From assembly GCA_012295275.1 (NCBI GenBank), contig CM022670.1, positions 35,154,001 through 35,218,000 on the forward strand: 64,000 bases of DNA. The letters are read 5' to 3'. Of this stretch, positions 1-50,387 are shown one piece after another. Position numbers and translations under genes: made by a program. Positions within the stretch are counted from its first letter, which is position 1. The number at the start of each line of letters is the position of its first letter. Below the pieces are notes generated by a model. It had not been told where the DNA came from and ran no database searches. It saw only the letters and a list, made by a program, of their open reading frames with translations. Origin of the DNA: Chrysomallon squamiferum (lineage: Eukaryota; Animalia; Mollusca).

Positions 1-704
1 AAGACTCTCCAGTCACCATTGAGATCCAAAACAACACGTGGCCTAGTCACAAACGACGGGTTATCTCAAGTTAAATACCGAACCAATCGATAACACAGCC
101 CAGAATTCTGCAAGTCACTAAATTACAGCATGTGTTGGCAGTTACCGAAATAGAATCAAAAACAAAAGAATACTGAAAATAAAATTTAAAAACGCGTTTC
201 TCGTATGGAACAGAACGTGAATGTAAAAATCACTGATAAACAGCCTTTAATTGCCAATATTTCCCAGGAGACTCTTCTTTACAAGAGCAACAGTAGATAA
301 AAAAAATAAAAAATAACTGAAATAACCAACGAAATTCCCTTACGATTCGTGTTTTAACTCTTTGTTGTTGCTGGCTAGGGCCACGTCTAATTCCTATTCC
401 GGAGGGAGATAGAGATTTGGTAATAACAGTGATGACTCATAGCGACAACAAATTGTTATTTCTGTTAAGCCCATGGAGATGAGATACAACACACTGCTGT
501 AGCAGTAAAATCAGATACTATGAACCAAAAAAGTAAACACATCACAGTGGTGTTAATTCAGAAACAATTCTATTGCATTTGGAAAGAAACTTCGACACTT
601 GAGGAGCGTATTCTGAATTTCGAAAGGCGCGTGGACACGTTTTGGGGGTTTATGGGGATTAGAGGGTTTGATTTGCTCCAGATATGACAAACATAAAAAT
701 ACAA

Positions 705-735
<31 letters not shown>

Positions 736-2011
736 TTGCTTAACGCATATTTTCCTCATTGTTTTTTTTCCAGAATGTGTGACGGCAGTTATACCCATTG
801 AGTCATACGTTATTATGGAGGATATGCTTTTCAAGAAATGTTGGGGTTTTTGTTGTTGTTTTTTTGTATGCTTACTTTTATTGTGTTGTTTTGTTGTTGC
901 TGTTGTTTGTTGTTGTTGTTTTTGTTTCTTTAAAAAAAATTCATTAGAAAACAAATTTAAATAAATAAATAAGTAAACTGGTAATTAAATAAATAAATAA
1001 ACAAATAAGCAATTGAATAAATAAATAAATAAACAAATAACTAAATAAGTAAATTGATAATTAAATAAATAAATAAGCAAATAAATAAATAAATAAATAA
1101 AAAAACAGATGGGGTACGCATTTTTCACTGTTAAAAATCAGGCTAGCTTACTGAACAGTTCTCCTTTACCAAACAGATAACCAATTTATTTTCGCTAGAT
1201 AGAAACAGAGTTTAATTTGGCAGACAGGACTGAGTAATAGAATGTCATTATTCCCGAATAAGACACAAAACAGAAGCTGTAATAAGATAGACGCCAGTAA
1301 TACATCAACTCATATAGACGCTGTTAGATATTTAAAACAGGAAGAAATCTGCAACCAAATAAAATTAATGAATATGCAGTTATTATTAGCTTTTCTTTTA
1401 TCTTTTATTTATCATTATTATTATTTTTATTATTATTATTATTATTATTTCTTCTTGAACGAGGTAATAAAAATATTAATAATTAACTGTTACGTGGAGT
1501 TCATACAAGACCACAGAGAGAACGAGAGACCGAAAACTTCCTCTCCTCAATAAGCTACAGTTTTTCGATGAGCAGTAAGGTTGAGAGGTATGCACTACGC
1601 ATTCCAATACAGACCCAAACAAATACACTTCTGATAATCAAGTCGTTGATACAGCCCAGCGAACTCACTGTGGAGCAGTCATGCATGAAACCAAAACAAC
1701 AACAACAACAACAATAAAACCAGCGGCTGTTGGTTTGAGACAGACTGAGGAGCAGTGATCCACGAAACCACAGAAACGACAACAACAACAACAACAACAA
1801 TAAAATAAAATTAAAAAACCCGGCGGCTGTTGCTTTGAGATAAAGTAAAAAAAGTCGTTGTAGTGGAACAAACCGTATGACAAAACTATTTACAGTACAA
1901 TAATCTGGTTGTTCTGTGACGACGAACATGATGTTATCAATAAGCTTGTATATTCCTAATTATCGGGTTATCGAACGTATAAAATATTTTTTTTAAAAAG
2001 AAGTAAATAAA

Positions 2012-2044
2012 ATAATAATAATAATAATGATGGTGATGATGATG

Positions 2045-2104
<60 letters not shown>

Positions 2105-2130
2105 TTAAATAATAATAATAATAATAATAA
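2012..2130. repeat. (AAT)n/(GAT)n microsatellite
   Basis: Seen directly in the sequence. Confidence 0.9.
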
Positions 2131-2662
2131 AGCGGTCATAAATAGTATGAATACAAAACAACTGATATGGAAAAAGATAAACAGTTCTGTTATCTGTCTA
2201 GTGTGTTCGTGTTGGTGTGCGGATAAAAACGTAAATCAACGACTGATCGATCGGCAGATTTCGTTCAGGTGCCTGTTGTTGATGTTTTACTTCGTAGTTA
2301 GTTTCACACAGACAGCTAAAGTAACGACAGCCACAATGAAACTGTACTGATACTGAACATTTTACTCTTATGTTAAAAATTCTTAGTCTTTCCCAGTTTA
2401 GCATTCATTTATTTTTATCGGCAAACTTCGTACTGTCAAACGTGTGTGTGTGTGTGTATGTATGTATATATGAATGTATATATAAATGTACGTATATATA
2501 AATGTATGTTTGAATGTATGTATATCTGTATGTGTCTGTGGTATTTATGTATGTGTAGGTATGTATGTATATATAAAACTTTCGTAGTTTTGTATGTATA
2601 TATGTACGTATATATGTGTTTATGTGTGTTGATATGTGTGTATGTGCGCGCGTATGTGTGTA

Positions 2663-2693
<31 letters not shown>

Positions 2694-4363
2694 CAATATG
2701 TTGATGTGTATAAATATTCAACGAATCTTGCACGGCGTCTAACATAAACAAAAAAAATCGTTAGACAAGCATTAAAAGTGAGGAGAGTTACAACAACACA
2801 ATGGCACAATTATCTTCCACCGTTGACTCTTCACGCCATCGCGAGCAAAATGAAATTATATTACTGGACTCTTAATAACTCGACTTCACACAGGCATGCG
2901 ATATGATTTGCGAATAAATTATTCATTGGCCGATTTGAATATGGTTGGGAAGCCTACATATTTCATTGTTGCGTACTCTTTTAATTTCCCTTGGCAATAC
3001 GTGGCCTGGATGTAGCGTGTGGTCTGATATATGTGGGGTGGGTGCACATACGATCTCGTCTGGTGACAACGTGGTCCCCGGAGGTTTAAACTGATTACCT
3101 AATTGAAATAAAGCAAGCAATGGCATTAAAAGATGCATGGTTTTGTCAGAGAGTGAGTGACAAAGCGCGGTTTTATTTTTCTCTTGTAAATTATATACAA
3201 CTAATATGAATTAGTAACTCTGCCGATAAAAAAAAAAAACAACAACAACACAAAAATACAAACAAAAAAAAGCAAAACATCAACAGTAATAGATTAATTA
3301 TTTTAAAAAAATGAAAAATAAAAGATTAATTATATTAAAAAAAAAATGATTAAATAAAAAATTAATTATTTACATACAGGGTGGTTAAAGAATAACAATA
3401 GCTTGATGGTTGGTTGGAACAGTTCTGTGGTTAGAGACATAGATGTAGTTGGAATGGAAGAGTAGTAGTAGACATTTTTTTATTATTTGTTTACCGTCGT
3501 TTTGTTGTTTATGATAATAGATTTTGTTGTTTTAAAGAAGTAATGAAAGTGTCAGTGTTATTGTTTTACTTATAACGATAACGTTGTTAGTATATTATGG
3601 AAGCAGATGGTTTTTGTAATTGTTATTTGTATCATTGCCATGCAAGAATAGTCTGAGAAAAATATACACGTGCACCTCTCTGTATACATTCACACACATT
3701 CACATAAACAAATACATACACATGCATATATGCACACATATACACATAAACATGAATATAAACACAGACTCATAAATACATACATACATACAAACGTACA
3801 CATTATATATATATATATATATACACACACAACATACACACACAACATACACACACAACATACATACACAACATACACACACATACATACACATACATTC
3901 GCACTCTCAGTTATACACACACACATACATACACACACACACACACAGCCACACGCAGACACAAAACAGAGACAGAGAGCCCTGACCTGGCCAATACACA
4001 GCACATACCTTTACGACAGATCAGAAAATGTTTAACTCACAGGAGAGTTAATGAATGATTTCTTCAGAGACCTGACTTAATCAACAGCGCGTTGTTTTGA
4101 TCTGGCACATTAACGATTTATAAACTAATTAAGCAGAAACACTCCTGACGCCCTTTGTCATCCACGCCAGTCAGTGTCTTTGAATATTCATGAGCAACAA
4201 CAGAAATTCATCTTATTGTCGAATCTTTTTTACCTGGCTGTTATTTTCACTTTAATCATGTTGTTGTGTAACGATGGCAGGTGAGTAATTACATTGTTAA
4301 TTACCCAGCTTTCTACAGGTGATTTATAAGAAACTTTTCGTGGCCGCATCGCAAAAGAAACTA

Positions 4364-4704
4364 CAGGTACCTACCGGACAAATTATCCGGACTCCTTGGG
4401 GCCCGAGGTTTACCGGATTTGTGGATTTTCCGGTTTTCTGGTACCAAGGCTTTTAAATACGTAAATAATTAGGCATAAACATTTTAAAATTAAAATAAAA
4501 AAATTGACGATACGCAACTGTGGCGTCTCGATACGTAAACAGTGCGGCGAGTGAAAGAACGCCACGCAGCTTGAAAGAGTAGTTCCGGTCTGGTGACGAC
4601 AACACCGGCGCGCCCGAACTATGAAAATAGCGTCGAGGAAAAAAACTTCCGGTTTTCTGGTCTTTCCGGATTTTTAGGACGCCGGATAATTGGTCCGGTA
4701 CATG
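4364..4704. mobile_element. Probable MITE (non-autonomous Tc1/mariner-pogo-like), 341 bp
   Basis: The left end TA|CAGGTAC(CTAC)CGGACAAATTATCCGG and the right end CCGGATAATTGGTCCGGTACATG|TA are imperfect inverted repeats flanked by TA. TTCCGGTTTTCTGG occurs subterminally twice. Confidence 0.65.
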
Positions 4705-5888
4705 TAGCTTAATATTTGTCTCGGTCATGCAGCAGAGATTATAGATTCAACAAACAGAATGTAAAGATTTTTCATTCAGACTTTCTCTGGTGCAGTGATT
4801 AAACCTTTAATTCCTTCTCGGTCTGGAGCTGTATTGGGCGGCGGGCTTAAAGTGTTGAGAAGAAAATAACTCTACCGATTCTTCTGTCTGTAATCTTCTG
4901 AACATTGTCGCTGACAGACGGTCGGTCGTGGATTATTCACAAAAGACAGACAGTTGCGTGTTTTAACAAACTGAGAGTGAAACCGGCCCAGCCCATCCCA
5001 TCCCAGCGACATAATCAGTGACATGTTCCGCCAAATCAAAATCTCAATCGTTTTAATCGTAACCTTGCAAGAATGACAAATCAGAAGTTAATCAAATATC
5101 ATCAGCAACCCGAACTGTAGTCAAGAGAAACGGGAAAAGAAATTTATGAATAAAAGAAATGGTTTTACAGTAATCCGAAGATTGGTCTTCTGATAGGTCT
5201 GATGTTAATCAAATAGTATTTATGATTCCAGGCTTAATTAATCAAAAAGATGAGAAAACCTGTGTCCTTCTGTACCAGTTTTTCTGGTGGGTTTTCTGGT
5301 AAGTTAATCATTTATTAATTACGAATTGAAACTTAATTAGAAACGAATGCAAAAATAAAATAAAATAAAATAAAATAAAGGTGCAGATGAGAAAAAAAGA
5401 AAATAAGTAAAACTGATATTAACAACAGCCTCAAAATTGATCATATACACTAAAAAAGAAAAAAAAAAACACACAAAAATAAACTAAACAAATGGTTGAA
5501 AAAAGTAACTACATCTATCCCATAAGTGGAAATACAGTGTTCTTGTACGTACGTTAAAAGTTCCTCGATATAAGGAAAAATTGTATAGGAATTGCTCAGT
5601 AAAACGGTTAGGTATAACAGTTTTAGAGACAGAGAGAGAGAGAGAGAGAAGAAAAAAAAAAACGATAGCTGAAAATAAATAAATCAAAATGTATCCAGCC
5701 ATCGTAAAACCTAATATTAAACACAATTATGGTTAGCATCGACTATATATATATATATATATATCAATAAACTATTGCAAGATAGCATCTAGCAAATATA
5801 AAATTAATACAAATTATTTTTACTGGATTGCTCATCCTTAAAGACGATGGTCATAATCAAATAAAATGTCTGAGAAGGTGATAGAGTG

Positions 5889-5932
<44 letters not shown>

Positions 5933-6039
5933 TATGAATGAAAATAAATTAAATATTATTTAACAATGGGAAAAACCGCAACTAAGGACAAAATGGTTGA
6001 AAAAATAAAATAAAAAAAAATAAACAAAATAAATCCCAC

Positions 6040-38972
<32,933 letters not shown>

Positions 38973-39199
38973 CGTACAAGTTTGAATACCTTGGGGGTTC
39001 GCCTTTCAACATGGATCGCGTTCTCACCGATTCAGCGTCTGTCATATTTCAGTGAAAGGAAATTTTTTTTTTTTTTCTTTTTTTCTTTTGTTGTTTCAAT
39101 ATATTACGTATTTTATCTGTATTACATGTATATGTATATATATATATATATATATCAGTATAAAAGTATCAATTTTATTCTAGGTCGTGTTTTTTTGCT

Positions 39200-39885
39200 T
39201 TTCATCCGTCATCCATCTCATCCGCATTGTCACTGTTGCACGTCGGGAACTATGACTTCCGCACAATACATCGCGATGGTGTTTTTATATTAACTTCCTA
39301 CGTCGTCGCAGTGAATAATACATTAACCGTGCCATAAGCAACTCTACGTGGAGAGCCTAGACTCCTGGGAAGCTGGAACCATCTGTGCACGAGACTTTTC
39401 CCGGCACGTGTCGTTATTTCCAGCAATCATTTTCACCTGGTTACAACACCAAGTACATTGATTAATCAGGGAACCAACTGACAGTGTTATCACGAAGAGG
39501 CCGGAGAGAGCGAGCGCGCGCGCGCTGTGCTTCAACAGTCGGCAGTCAGATGTTCGCAGACGACCGACACCGACATTTTCCAGAAGACAATGCCATTATT
39601 CAAACCTTCCCTTTTGCAACGCCTGTTCATGCGCAGTCTGCCTCGAATCAGCAGCTTCGATCGTTTCGCTTTCAGCTTTCTCGTCATATGACTATTATCA
39701 TTAAAACGGTTTTTTTTTTAGTCCAGAAGGATCACAACAGCCGATGCCTCGCAATACAGTCACCATGGAAACGGTATACACGACAAAAGAACGGCCGCTG
39801 TGTTTTTCGAGAAAGCACAGTTTTTGGATCAAAAGCGAGCGCAAGTGTGTGGAAGCTGTAAGCTGGGACTCAAGTGGCTGCTTCG
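39200..39885 (-). promoter_or_regulatory. CpG/GC-rich region upstream of the Kv start: probable promoter or 5' UTR
   Basis: CpG and GC content is markedly higher than in the flanks. It includes a CACGTG near 39405 and a (GC)n run near 39513-39525. The function is inferred from position. Confidence 0.45.
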
Positions 39886-39928
39886 TTTTAATTTATTTAT
39901 TTATTTATTATCATTATTACTGTTATTG

Positions 39929-39963
<35 letters not shown>

Positions 39964-40341
39964 CGTTTTATTTTATTATAACTTTTGTTGTTGTTGTAAT
40001 TAGCATAATTAATTATCTAACCAATGATACGATTTCATTCTTCAAAACTGTTGAGACGAAAATCTTTTTCTTCTTCTTCTTTTTCTTTTTTTACGGAATG
40101 ATAATTGCTTATTTTCGATACTGTTGTTGCTGTTGTTGTTGTTGTTTATATATATATATATGCAGTACGTTATCTGAATATATATACAAACACTTTGAAG
40201 ATAAATAATTAATTTTAAATAATAAATTATAATAAATATAATTAAAAGAACAAAATGGTAGCTATAATCCAGTTGAAGGCGTGTCTACATCTAGCGTAAA
40301 TTGTAGCTCATTTATTCTGATACAGTAATTACAGAGGCATA

Positions 40342-40441
40342 TTATTATTATTATTATTATTGTTGTTGTTGTTGTTGTTGTTATTATTATTATTATTTTA
40401 CTTATTTTAATTTTATTTTAATTTATTTATTTATTTATTTT

Positions 40442-40472
<31 letters not shown>

Positions 40473-40474
40473 TT

Positions 40475-40526
<52 letters not shown>
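40342..40526. repeat. (ATT)n/(GTT)n/(CTT)n compound microsatellite
   Basis: Seen directly in the sequence. Confidence 0.88.
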
Positions 40527-40527
<1 letters not shown>

Positions 40528-43371
40528 TTTAGAAAAACAAAAACAACATTAGCAATAGTTAGTTGCGCTATTACAGTCTCACTCATGTTCAATTACAATG
40601 AGTAGAAGCCAATATCTGATTATAATCGCAAAAAAACATCATCAAGGTAAAATAATTCTGATTGTAGTTATGACAATAGTTTAGCTACTTGACAGGTTTA
40701 TTAAAACAACTTAATATTACATATGACCTGTTATTCAAAACTGAAAAGTTACAATTATTCATGCATTCAAGTGACAACTTTATAATCTTCAAGTGTTCGA
40801 GATTTTTAAAGATTGCTTTTGTTTGACGTTTCGGTCATTCTCGATTATACTTGCTTTATTTTCCAAACCGTTTATTTTATTTTCTGCTGATTTATCTTTA
40901 CTTTTATCTTTGTTAACAGGTTAGATTGTTAATAAGATGTACAACATCAATATCAAAGATGGATCCCTGATTTCATCAAAGGAAGTTTCATTTTCTAAAC
41001 GAAATGAGTTTCTTTTCCGAGTAAAAAAAAAAAAAAAAAAAAAAACCGCTTTCTTTTTAAAATCTACAGTGTTATATTTTAATCTTTCACAGTTTTAATT
41101 ATACTAGTTTATTCCAAACCTTGGCACTGCATCACCACTGTTTATTATCTGAAATCAGCTGCTTTGTGTTTATTCAGTATTTCTTTTTTTTTTTTTTTTT
41201 TTTTTTTTGCAAAATTTAAGTGGGCAGTTGTTTTAATATTATTACAATACGATAATTAATATACAATTTTTGAAGCTATGCACGTGCGTTTTATTATTTA
41301 TTTTATTTTATTTTTGTCTGTGTGTATTGTTTTGTTTAGTTTTCACAATCAGTTCTGCATTGGCGCGACTCTAAGTACAAAATAACTGTCTTAACATCGA
41401 TTAAACTCGTTAACGACGATTTAATCGTCGCGTTTGAAAGAAACCTGAAGGACTTAATCGATCACTTTGGAAAGGTTTCAACCTCTGGTAATGTTTTACA
41501 CTTGTAGGAAGTTCCGTCTTTGTTCTGACGGACCAGATTAAACTAAATAATCGAGCAAACATTTGTTAATGTTGTAAATTCGCCGAACAAACATGTTCAA
41601 GTAGTGGCTTTTGAAACCTAAAATGAAAAAAAAAACAAAACAAATTGATAAATAAATAAATAAAAGAAAATACAAGTAAAATTAATTTTCTGAAGGCAAA
41701 TGGATTAACAATAATTTGTAAACTGTTGTTGAAAAGTGAAAATCAAGGTCAGATGTTTATAAATAAATTCGTAAACAGTTTATAAATGTTACGAACCTTG
41801 GAATTGTTGGCAGGCGTTATTCTAATATATTTATGAATAAAAGGGCAATAAATAAATGAAATAACATAATAATAAGGGAGAAGAAATAAAACGTCATGAC
41901 TGACATACACCTAACTATAAACATAAAACTGATCAGCACATATTAATATAACATGTAAGAGATAACAAAGACTAATGCATTCAAACATTAATTTTTAATT
42001 TTTTTTTATATTTTTAATAAACATATTATTTACAGATATAGAGATAAACAACCAAATGCTCTGATGATGAATGAATAGCAGCTTTTTCACCAATGAATTG
42101 TACTTCAATTATAGTTAACATGCAACCTTAATAAGAATGGTCATAGAAAACTCATTATACAAATTGTTTTCTCTTATTCTCGATTTTGTATTGCATTAAA
42201 GTGTTTAAAATTCAGTTAATAGTATGTATCATTTTATTTTTTCATAAATTAAAATAATTTTATTTTTAATCTTTTTTTTTTTTAAATCTTTATCCTCTAG
42301 TACCATGAAGTACATAAAATGTATCATTATAAAGTTATCTACCAATTTACATCACCACTACTTTATAAAACCCTCAGATCAAGAAAGAACATATGAAAAA
42401 TAACTTTCTACACAATTATAAATACATGTATGTACATATTATAATGACTGTAATGAGTTCAAGGATAAATATTTTTAAAAAGCATTCTTTTTTATTTAGT
42501 TTTACATTTTATTTCAAAATATCTTAAAATGAACCTTTGAAGACTTCAGTATATTTTTGGATAATTCCAGTTTATTCTTTAACTCACAGTAGTCACCAGT
42601 CTCCCCATATATAATGATAATATTGTAATGCAAAGAATAACTAGGCTACAAGAATGCTGGTATCAGTGCAACTTGTCTGTACCATCAAACATACACCCAC
42701 AGATATTCATGTGATATTTTACAAATGTTTAATTTGCTCTTCAAGTTTTTAAGTCATAATTACTGGAAATACTCAAAATTCTAAATCACTTATGTTTTAA
42801 AAAAAAAAATGAAATCTGCATACATGTCGTTTTGGTATTTCAATATCATCAATACCAATAGCCGTGCTTACTTAAAGAATTGTAAATTAAGACTAACTTA
42901 ATAACAACAAAATAAAAAATAAAAACGGAGAAGAAGGAAAAAACAAAACATAAAATTGATCAGAAAATCATTATTGCTGACTGCTAAGCCGTGCAAAGAT
43001 TATTATGAGTACTGAAGGTGTTATTGGAAAAGCAATTAACGTAAAGCCGATTGCATTAAAACGGAATATGCCAGTTTCAAGAGTGATTGAATGCACTGAT
43101 TTTATTATAACAATTTTACTTCAGTCAAAACGTTGCTTTAGAAAAAAAACAAATTATGAATTAAAATTATAAAAAATATAATTGTTTTTTAAATGATTTT
43201 TTTTTTTTTTTAGATCTGCCCTATAAAAACAATTTAAAAAAAAAGAAGAAAAAACACTATTTTCTTCAGCACAATTATGGCTGTTATTGGATGTATTCAA
43301 ACTCTGCATGTTATGATGTTACTATGCCCAAGATGGTTAACCCAGTTGAACCACTTTGTCAGTGCCACCAT

Positions 43372-48421
<5,050 letters not shown>

Positions 48422-48731
48422 AACTTCACTTTGTTACATAACTAACAAATAACACTCAAAACAAGTCTGCCACGGTTTCAGGAAGTACGCTTCCGCCACC
48501 TGTTACGGCCAGTAACTCTAGGAAGACCTCAAATATTAATAAACTATTTGTTTAACAAGACTAACAGTTTTAATATTCGTGTATGTTCGGAAGACTTTGA
48601 AAACATGCCGAAGAGTGCCGATATGATGCTTTCTCCCCTTTTTCCGAAGTAGTTTAATCCGACCGATTTTTTTTTTTTTTTTTGTTTCCTTCTATCAATC
48701 TATATTGCTTGTAGGTTACTGGAGTGCCAAC
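48422..48731. promoter_or_regulatory. Probable bidirectional promoter and 5' UTRs shared by SMIM7 and DPYD
   Basis: 310 bp lie between the divergent ATGs. The interval is locally CpG-rich, with an inverted ETS-core pair GGAAG-TACG-CTTCC at 48481-48494 and further GGAAG cores near 48521 and 48589. Confidence 0.75.
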
Positions 48732-48770
48732 ATGGCTAGTAAGCTGAGTAAAGATATTCCTGACATTGAG
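48732..48770 (+). CDS. DPYD: DPYD exon 1 ([13 protein letters not shown])
   Basis: CCAAC ATG G start context; GAG|GTATGA; 39 nt. Confidence 0.9.
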
Positions 48771-49309
48771 GTATGATTTCACTGATCATATTTTGTAATT
48801 TTCTGTGCGGCAATCCATTAACTGATTAAAACTGACGTAGCTTTCTCTTATCATCTTTACTTAGAAGTTAAATTTCCTAGGTTTCACTTTCAGTCGGAGT
48901 CATTGACCCCCATCACATGTCAACGTTAAACAATTCGCTTAACACAGAAACTGTTACTTTCAAGTGACCTTAGACTGATCCATATTTGCGGTATGCACTG
49001 ACAGTGTTTTTTATATTGTATTCCTGCCATAATATTATGCAACAGGTCTGCTGAAAAGTCGTTCATGGCCGTGCAATACTTTCGTGGTTCTTACGTGACC
49101 GTCAGTTTTCACAATATACAGAACCTGTGGATTTTTAAATTAAATGTAAACAATAATTTGAAAATAAAGTATAAAACAACTAAACTGTATAACTGTATTT
49201 ATTCTAAGATGTCTTTACAGTTTTAGTATCAAATGCATTTACATTTATTAGATACCTGATAGTGAAAGAGTGATACTGATAGTACAGAGACATTCAGAAA
49301 TAGTTTTAA

Positions 49310-49355
<46 letters not shown>

Positions 49356-49590
49356 TTTAATAACTTAATATAAACTATAAATATATATTATTATTTTATG
49401 CCTGAACTAAATCTTATAATTACTAGTACATATAAAGCCTTCATTTTACAAATATGACAAATTATTTGTTGGTTGTTGTAATAATATATGATAACAGATA
49501 CATATCTTAGAAAATAGCAATATAGATCTTCTGACCTTTTTACAGTAATAATTAATTTTCTGTGTATGTTAATTTGTTCACACACACATA

Positions 49591-49677
<87 letters not shown>

Positions 49678-50356
49678 CTCAGTGTTACAGACAAGTACAT
49701 TGATATGTTATCATTAAACACATATAATAGTACCTGCACCAATACCAGGTTAAATAAATAATCTTTGAGCTACTTGGGGTTCTGTGCCAGCGTGACATTA
49801 TACTGGAGTTCATTATACTCTTATTCTAATTATGCACAGACACGCACAGCACTACATACACACACCGACATACATTAAAACCCCATTCTTACATATATAC
49901 ACATATATATGTTTATGTATATGTAGGTTTGGGTGTGTATGTGTATATGTGTGTATTTCAATTGTTTCAATATTTATTTTACTGCGTTGTCATATAGGTT
50001 ATATGTAAAAACACATGTGACAGGCTTAATGCAACTCTAGACGGCAAGGTTGTTCATGTGTATACATGCAAGTACACCTATTATTATTTTTATTACTGTT
50101 ACAACTACTGTTACCACTACTACTACTACTACTGTTACTGTTACTTTTTACAAATGCTACTTCAACAAATTTATTTTAATTTTTTTTTTTTTTTTTTTTT
50201 TTTAAATGTTTTATTTTATGTTATTATCTTTCTGTATGTAATGTGTTATTGTTACCTAAATTTCAGTTACAAATTATAACTTAGGTGACGTAACAATTGT
50301 TCTCAGATTTTCATACATAGCTGTCACATTCTTTAAGTACATTTTTACTGTTGTTG

Positions 50357-50387
<31 letters not shown>

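Noticed and set aside
1-6039. Search for the S1-S6 exons of the channel
   Set aside because: I recognised no splice-bounded segment with S1, S4 (RxxR) or GYG motifs; they presumably lie left of the window.
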